Of a stretch of 64,000 nt of DNA, positions 54,273 through 64,000 are shown piece after piece. Below the pieces are notes generated by a model, which worked only from the letters and a program-made list of their open reading frames with translations, had not been told where the DNA came from and searched no databases. Within the stretch, counting starts at the first letter, position 1. Each line of letters begins with the position of its first letter. The stretch comes from the human T2T-CHM13v2.0 reference genome, Homo sapiens. The stretch lies in assembly GCF_009914755.1 (NCBI RefSeq), contig NC_060937.1, one strand, 5' to 3'. The position numbers were made by a program, and so were the translations under genes.

Positions 54273-55065
54273 AGCTACAGGACCTAAAACAAAAAAGAAA
54301 CAAAATTAAATAGAAAGTCATAGGAAATCATTCCCTTTTAGTAATGATTTTTTATATATATAAATTATGTCAATCAAAAACATACTTTCACTAAATAAAT
54401 TCATGAAACAAGATTCAACTCTCTGCTTCCTACAAATGACCACATTATGATCTGGAACACGCATAAGCCATACATGAAAGAATAAAAAAAATTAAATGCA
54501 AAATCAAATACTGTCATGGTAGACAAAATATATATTATATCAAAAACTTCCTCAAGAGAGAAGAAGAAAAGGACAATAACAACAACAACAATAAAAGCAA
54601 CAAAAAACAACATACATCAATAAAAGCAACAACAATAAAACAACATGCAACAATAAAAGCAACAGTAATGTATGTGCCTTACATCACAGTTCCCAAAATA
54701 TGAAGCAACATTTTACAGAATTGAAACATGAAGTAGCCAGCACATAACAGTAGATGACTTTTTTATCAGACTTTTAGTAATGTAAATTAAAAAACAAACA
54801 TAAGATGAATAAGTAAACAGAGGATTTCAACAACACAATAGAACAATTAGACCTAACAGTCACATTTATATCTCTCCACTCAACAGTAGAATATGCAATA
54901 CTTTTAATCACACATGCCACAATATTCCAGATAGACCACCTGTTAAGTTAAAAAACACATCTTAGCAAATTTCAGCAGATGGAATTACACAAATTATTCC
55001 TAACTATGATACAATAAAACAAGAAGTTAAAAACACTAGCATGTCAAAGAATAAGTAAAAATTAA

Positions 55066-55494
<429 letters not shown>

Positions 55495-55870
55495 TGAAAC
55501 TTTTTGCAGAAGTTTTAAAATATTCTACAATTTTTATGGAATTTCAAGTGATCACAAACAGCCAAACAATATTGGGAAAAAAATATAAAGACAGAGGCAT
55601 CATACTTTCTATTTTCTAAACATACTATGAACATATAGTAATCAAAACAGTTTGGTACTGACATAAAGACAAATGAATGATGAAACAGATGAGAGAGTCC
55701 AGACATAAGTCCTCATGGGTATAGTAAACATATTTTTAAAATGTGTTCCAAGAATCACAAAAAGGAAAGAACAGTCTCTTCAACAAACAGTATTGGGAAT
55801 AATAAAAATTTACAAGGAAAAAATAACAAAGTTAGACCTTAACTTGCAACAGATAAAAACATAAACTCAA

Positions 55871-56163
55871 GGCTGGGTGTGGTGGCTCACACCTGTAATC
55901 CCAGCACTTTGGGTGACTGAGACAAGTGAATCACAAGGTCAGGATATCAAGACCATCCTGGCCAACATGGGGAAACAACGTCTCTACTAAAAATACAAAC
56001 AAAAATTAGTTGGCGGTGGTGGCACATGCCTGCAGTTCCAGACACTCAGGAGGCTGATGCAGGAGAATCTCTGGAATCCGGGAGGCAAGAGTTTCAGTGA
56101 GCTGAGATCATGTCACTGCGCTCCAGCCTGGTGACAGAGAAAGACTCCACCACAAATAAAGAA
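55871..56163 (+). mobile_element. AluSc-like
   Basis: Dimer; TSD ATAAACTCAA. Confidence 0.9.
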
Positions 56164-56689
56164 ATAAACTCAAAATAACTAATTTTTGGTAGCTATTAAA
56201 ATGGAATTTATAATTTTATTTTTCAGATAGTTCGCTATCATCATACAGAAAGCTACTACTGTGTTAATTTTCTGCAATGTTACAGAATTTGTTTAGTAGT
56301 TCTAATAGTTTTTGGTGTAGTGTTTAGAGTTTTTCACATATAAGATTATTTTGTCCACAATCAGAGACCATTTGACTTCATCCTTTCAATTAGTATGACT
56401 TTTATTTCTTCCTCTTGCCTAATTTCCTTGGCTAGGACTTCCAGTACTATGTTGAATAAGAGGGCTGAAAGTTTGGACGATTTGTCTTGTTCCAGATCTC
56501 AGAGAGAAAGCTTTCAACTTTTCCTTATTCAGTATAAAGTTAGCATTGCTTTTTCATAAATGGCCTTTATTGAGTTAAGGCACATACCTTCTATTCCTAA
56601 CTTGTTGAGAGTTTTCATCATAATCAAGGCTGAATTTCATCCAATTCTTCTTCTGCATATGCAAAAGCTACAAAAATGAAAATACTTAA

Positions 56690-57072
56690 TGTGATGGCTA
56701 ATACAGGGTGTCAAATTGATTGGATTGGAGGATAGAAAGCATTGATCCTGGGTGTGTCTGTGAGGGTGTTGCCAAAGGACATTAACATTTGAGTCAGTGG
56801 GCTGGGAAAGGGAGATCCACTCTTAATTGGGTGAGCACCATCTAATGAGCTGACAGTGAATATAAAGCAGGCAGAAAAACGTGAAAAAGAGAGACTGGCC
56901 TAAGCTCCCAGACTACATCTTTCTCCTGTGCTGGACACTTGCAGCCCTCAAACATCAGACTCCAAGTTCTTCAGCTTTGGGACATGGACCGCCTCTCCTT
57001 GCTCCTCAAACTTGCAGACAACCAACCTATTGTGGGATCTCATGATCTCTCTAGGGAAGCCCAACTAATACA
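56690..57072 (+). mobile_element. MLT2A (ERVL) solo LTR
   Basis: TGTGATGGCTAATACAGGGTGTCAAATTGATTGGATTG..GATCCTGGGTGTGTCTGTGAGGGTGTTGCCAAAGG..TAATACA. Confidence 0.88.
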
Positions 57073-58764
57073 CCTAGCAACAAACTTAACTAAAAAGGTA
57101 AAAGATCTCTACTCTGAAAACGACAAAACATGGATAAAAAATATAAAATACAAATGAATAAATAAAAAATATTGTGTTTATACACTGGAAGAATACTGTT
57201 GATATAGCTACCCAAAGTGATCTACAGACTTAATGTGATTTTTATCAAAATACCAATGACATTTTTTCACAGAAATAAAAAAATTTAAATTTATATGGAT
57301 CCACAAAAAACTCTGAATAGACAAAGCAACTTTGAGCAAAATAAGCAAAGCTGAAGGCATCACTTCATCAAACTTCAAAACTTGCTATAAAGCTACAGTA
57401 ACCAAAACAGCACTGTACTGGCATAAAAACAAACACATAGACTAATATGCCCAATAAGCCCGGAAGTTAATTTATGCACCTAAAGCCAACAGATTGTCAA
57501 CAAAATTACCAAGAACACACTTTAGAGAAAAGCTAATCTCTTTAATAAATGGTGCAGGGCCATTTAAATATTTATATTCAGAAAAATAATACTAGACCCT
57601 TGTACCTTGCCATATATGATAATCAACTAAAACTAAAGACTTAAATGTAATGCCATCAATTATGAAACTATTAGAGAAAAACATAAAAAAATGCTTTATA
57701 ACATTGGACGGTGAAAGGATTATTAAAATAAGATTTCAAAACATGGGCAACAAAATCAAGAATAAACAAACAACATTATGTCAAACTAAAATGCTTTTTC
57801 ATATTAAAAAAACAACTAAAAGTTTGAAGAGACAGCTTAGGCGATGACAGAAAATGTTTTCATATACATGTGACAAAAGGCTAATATTCAGAATATATAA
57901 GAAACTTTAAAATCTCAAAATAAAATACACTTATAATCTAATTTAAAAAATGCAAAAGATCTTAATAGATGTTTGTCAAAAAGAGATACAAAAATGGCTA
58001 ACTGGAACACAAAAAGATGCTCTACATTACTAATCACCAAGGAAATGCAAATCCAAACTGCAATGAAGTACCACCTCATTCCCATTAGAATGGCTATAAT
58101 AAAAATAAATAAATAAATAAATCAAGAACTAATGAGGATATAAAAAAGAGTGGATGTATACCTTGTTGGTGGAATTGTAAATTAGTATGGCCATTATAGA
58201 AAATAGTATGGAGGTTTCTGAAAGAAATTAAAAATATATCTATTATATGATCCAGCAATTTTACTTCTGGGTGTATATCCAAAAGAAAGGATATTACTGT
58301 GTCAAAAAGATATTTGCATTCCCATGTTCATTACAGAACTATTTATAATAGCTTATATATGGAATCAATTCAAATGTACAGCAACAGATAAATGGATAAG
58401 GAAAATGTACTATATATACACAGCGAAATACTATTCAGCCATAAGAAAGCATAAAATTCTGTCAGTTAAAAAGAGCATGGATGAACCTTGAGCATACCAT
58501 GTTAAGTAAAATAAGCCACACAGAGAAACACAAATACTTTATGATCTTATTATCTCACTCATTTGAGGAACCTGAAAAAAAGGGTTGATAGAAGCAAAGA
58601 GTACAACAGGGGTTACCAGAGACTGAAGCAGGAGGATGGGAAAAGTCTGCTTCACAGGTATTGTGTTATGATTAGATAGGGGAAATAAGTTTTTGTTTTT
58701 TATTACACAGTAGAATAATAATAATTAATGAAAAGTTATCTCATATTACAAAATAGCTAAAAGA

Positions 58765-59058
58765 GACCAGTTTTGGTGGCATATTCTTGCAATCCATACA
58801 TTTTGGGAGATTGAGGTAGGAGAATCACTTGACGTCAGAAGTTCAAGATGAGCCTGGACAACATAGTGTGACCCCGTCTGTATGAAAAATTAAAACATTA
58901 GCCAGGCATGGTGGCAGCTTCTTGTAGTCTCAGCTAATTGGGAAACTAAGGTTAGAAGACTGTTTGAAGTTACAGTGAGCTAGGATTGCACCACTGCACA
59001 CCAGTCTGGGTGTTAGAGCAAGATCCTGTCTCTAAAATAATTAATACATAAAGATAAA
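58765..59058 (+). mobile_element. Diverged AluJ
   Basis: Dimer flanked by AAAATAGCTA(A/G)A TSD. Confidence 0.8.
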
Positions 59059-59675
59059 ATAAAATAGCTAGAGAAGGAGCTTTTGAATATTCTCACCACA
59101 AAAATAACAAATGCATGAGGCAACAAATATAGAAGTACTGATTTTTATTGTTATACAACACATATATATAATTGTTTCCCCAAAATATGCACAATTACAT
59201 GTGTCAATTTTAAAAAATGAATGAAGACTATAATGTAAAACCTATAGCTGTAAAATTCCTAGCACAATACAGAAGGGTGAAGCTTCATTACAACTGGTCG
59301 TGGCAATAATTTGGGGGACGTAGCATCAACGGATGAGACAACAAAAGCAAGGGAATACACATGGTACTGAATCAGTGTATGAAAAATATCCCAAACAGAC
59401 AAAGCAGAACATGGAATAGATATATGCACATTGTAGTATTACTCACAAACATGTTACCTGGAAGCAAATGTACCCTTAAGGATGAGTAGATTCAGCAAAC
59501 AGGGCACGTACAATCACTGGGATAGCATTCAGCCTTAAAAATAAGGAAATCTTGAAAAGTACTACAATAAGGACAAATCTTCAAAACATTCTGTTAAGTA
59601 AAATAAGACAGTCAAAAAGGAAAGCTGTATAATTACACTCATGTAAAATATTTAGTCAAACTCAAAGAAACCAAG

Positions 59676-60870
<1,195 letters not shown>

Positions 60871-61189
60871 TAAGTAATGAGTATTCACTTTTACTTTTGT
60901 AAGACACAAATTATCTAAAACCTACTGCAAAACAATAGAACTATACTAACCACTTCTAAACCATATACTTAAAATGTCAGAAATGACAATGGCATGTTTT
61001 TAACTACAATTAGAAATTTAAGACTAACTAAAAGGCACAGTTAGAAAATCTTTCAAACATCACCTTCAAATAACAAAGGGTTCTTCTCACACAATTATAT
61101 GGATTTAAACTATATGTTGATTGTAAATTTAAGATTATTTCCCTGATGACTCACCAAGATAGAATAAAATAATCACTGGAAACCAAGAA

Positions 61190-64000
61190 AAGAGGGAAAT
61201 TTATAGCACTAATGTCCACATCAAAAAGATAGAAAGGGCTGGGTGTGGTGGCTCATGCCTGTAGTTCCAGCACTTTGGGAGGCTGGGGTAGGCAAATCAC
61301 TTAAGGCCAGATGTTCAAGACCAGTCTGGACCACACAACAAAACCCCACCTCTACAAAAAAAATTCAAAAATTAGCTGGTTTTTGTGATGCACATCTGTA
61401 ATCCCAGCTACTCAGGAAGCTGAGACAGCAGAAATCACTTAAAACTGAGAAGTGGAGGTTGCAGTGAGCGGAGATCATGCCACTGTACTCCAGCCTGGGT
61501 GACAGAGTGAGACTCTGCCACAAGAAGAAAAAAAAGAGAAACTAGAAGATCTAAAATTAACAGCCTAACATCTTGATGAAAAGAACTAGAAAACCAAGTG
61601 AAAACTAACCAGAAAGGTAGCAGAAAACAAGAAATAACCAAGATCAAAGTAGAGCTGAGGGAGATAGAGACACTGAAAACTCTTCCAAAAAAAAAAGTCA
61701 ACAAATCCAGGAGCTGTTTTTATGAAAAAAATTAATAAACTAGATGGAACACTAGCTAGGCAAATAAATAAGAAAAGAAAGGAGAACCAAACACAATTAG
61801 AAATAATAAGGGAGATATCATCACTGATCCCATGGAAATATGAACAACAATCAGAGAACACTATAAACATATGTATGCACATAAACCAGAAAATCTAGAA
61901 GAAATAGACAATTTCCTTGCAAAATAAACCCTCCACAAGACTGAACCCTGAATAGATCAATAATGTGTTCTGAAACTGAGGCAGTAAAAACTAGCCTACC
62001 AAGCAAGCTGAATTTGAGCAGAGGTACAAAGAGGAGATGGTACCTTTTCTCCTAAAACCATCCAAAAAAAATTGAAGACAAAGAAGTTCTCTCTAACTCA
62101 TTCTATCAGGCCAGCATCATCCAGATACCAAAACCTAACATAGATACTACAACAACAACAACAACAACAACACATCATGCCAATGTCTTTGGTAAACACT
62201 GTGCAAAAATCCTCAATAAAATACTGGCAAAACAAATCCAGCAGCACATTAAAAAGTTCATCCGCAACAATGGAGTTGGCTTTGTCCCCAGGATGCAAGG
62301 TTGATTCAACATATGCAAATCAATAAATGTGACTCATCACATAAAGAGAACTAAATACAAAAACCACATGATTATCTCAATAAATGCAGAAAAAGCATCC
62401 AATAAAATTCAGCATTCTTTCAGGTTTAAAATTCTCAATAAACTAGGAAGTGAAGAAACATACCTGAAAATAATAAGAGCCATATACAACAAACCCACAG
62501 CCAATATCATACTGAATGTGCAAAAGCTAGAAACGTTCCACCTGAAAACTGGCACAAGAAAAGAATGCCCTCTTTCACCACTACCATTCAATATAGTATC
62601 AGAAGCCTTGGCCAGGAAAATCAGGCCAGAGGAAGAAATAAAGAGTATTCTAATAGAAAGAGAGGAAGTCAAATTATCTTTGTTTGCAGATGACCTGATC
62701 CTACATCTAGAAAACCTCATTGTCTCAGGCCCAAAGCTTCTTAAGGTGATAAGCAACAGTAGCAAAATCTCAGGATATAAAATCAATGTGCAAAAGTAGC
62801 TAGCATTCCCATGCACAAACAACAGGCAAGCAGGGAGACAAATCATGAATGAACTTTCATTCACATTTGCTACAAAGAGAAAAAAATACCTAGGAATACA
62901 GCTAAGAAAGAAAGTGAAGGACCTCTTCAAGGAGAACCACAAACAACTGCTCAGAGAAATCAGAGTGGACACAAAACAGATGGAGAAATATTCCATGCTC
63001 ATGGAGAGGAAGAATCAGTATCATGAATATGGGCATATGGCCCTAAGTAATTCATAGATTCAATGCTATTCCCATTGAACTACTGACATTCTTCAGAGAA
63101 TTAGAAAAATAAAAACTTTTAAAGTTCATATGGAACCAAAAAAGAGCCCAAATAGCCAAGCCAACCTTAAGAAAAAAAAAAAAAAGCTGGAAGTGTCACT
63201 CTACCTAACTTCAAACTATACTAGAAGAGTACAGTAACAAAAACAGCATGGTACTGGTATAGAAACAGACACATAGACAAATGAAACAAAGTAGAGAACC
63301 TAGAAATAAAGCCAAAAACCTACAACAACCTGATCTTTGACAAAGTTAACAAAAACAAGGAATTAGGGAAAGGTGTCCCTATTCAAAAAATGGTGCTAGG
63401 AGAACTGGCTAGCCATATGCAGAGAATTTAAACTGGAACCCTTCTTAACACCATGTACAAAAATTAACTCAAGATGGATTAAAGACTTAAATGTACAACC
63501 CAAAACTATAAAACCCTTAGAAGAAAAAATCTAGATAATACCATTCAGGATATAGGCATGAGAAAAGACTTTATGACAGAAAGGCAAAAAGCTATAGCAA
63601 CAAAAGCAAAAATTGACTAATGGGGTCTAATTAAACTAAAGAGCTTCTGCGGAGCCAAAGAAACTATCATCAGAGCAGACAACCTAGAGAATGGGAGAAA
63701 AATTATGCAACCTATCCATCTCACAAATGTCTAATATCCAGAATCTAGGAGGAATTTAACAAAATTTACAAGAGAAAAAAAAAAGGCCCCATTAAAAAAG
63801 GGTCAAAGAACATGAACAGACATATCTCAAAAGAGGACATACATGTGCCCAACAAACATGAAAAGCTCAACATCACTGATAACTGCATAAATACAAATCA
63901 AAACCATAATGAGATACCATCTCACACAAATTATAATGGCTATTAATAAAAAGTAAAAAAAAAAAAACAGATGCTGGCGAGGTTGTGGAGAAAAGGGAAC
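61190..64000 (+). mobile_element. Older L1PA ORF2 remnant running off the window end
   Basis: ORF 62329-62799 ([30 protein letters not shown]) is an L1 RT fragment; numerous stops. Confidence 0.93.
61237..61537 (+). mobile_element. Alu (J/S) inserted in L1
   Basis: Full dimer with A-tail; L1 sequence resumes after it. Confidence 0.9.

Larger units (their letters stand above)
56183..59215 (+). mobile_element. L1MA-type insertion with 5' inversion (56183-~56662 minus, remainder plus)
   Basis: Inverted RT-region segment followed by collinear 3' ORF2 and 3'UTR ending GTGTCAATTTTAAAAAA. Confidence 0.75.

Overview
Primate, most likely human-like, repeat-dense DNA with a pericentromeric, acrocentric or ZNF-cluster character. 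No intact protein-coding gene is supported; the ORF track is explained by repeats and retroelement remnants. Layout: 1-11.96 kb is diverged beta-satellite (~68-71 bp monomers) in alternating orientations, with a recurring ~1 kb interstitial block and inserted L1/Alu elements. 11.96-15.77 kb is a minus-strand, pol-less ERV1 provirus (LTR19/HERV-FH19-like) with gag and env remnants. 16.6-19.7 kb is a ~140-bp GC-rich tandem array (ACRO1-like) in which every monomer carries an inverted pair of ZNF143/THAP11-type motifs and can fold as a hairpin; a solo LTR interrupts its last monomer. 20-64 kb is a mosaic of old and young L1s, about 20 Alus, MaLR/ERV LTRs, a Y3 RNA pseudogene and a few non-repetitive islands with exon-like splice signals. 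Subfamily names are from memory of consensus sequences and need RepeatMasker/Dfam confirmation.
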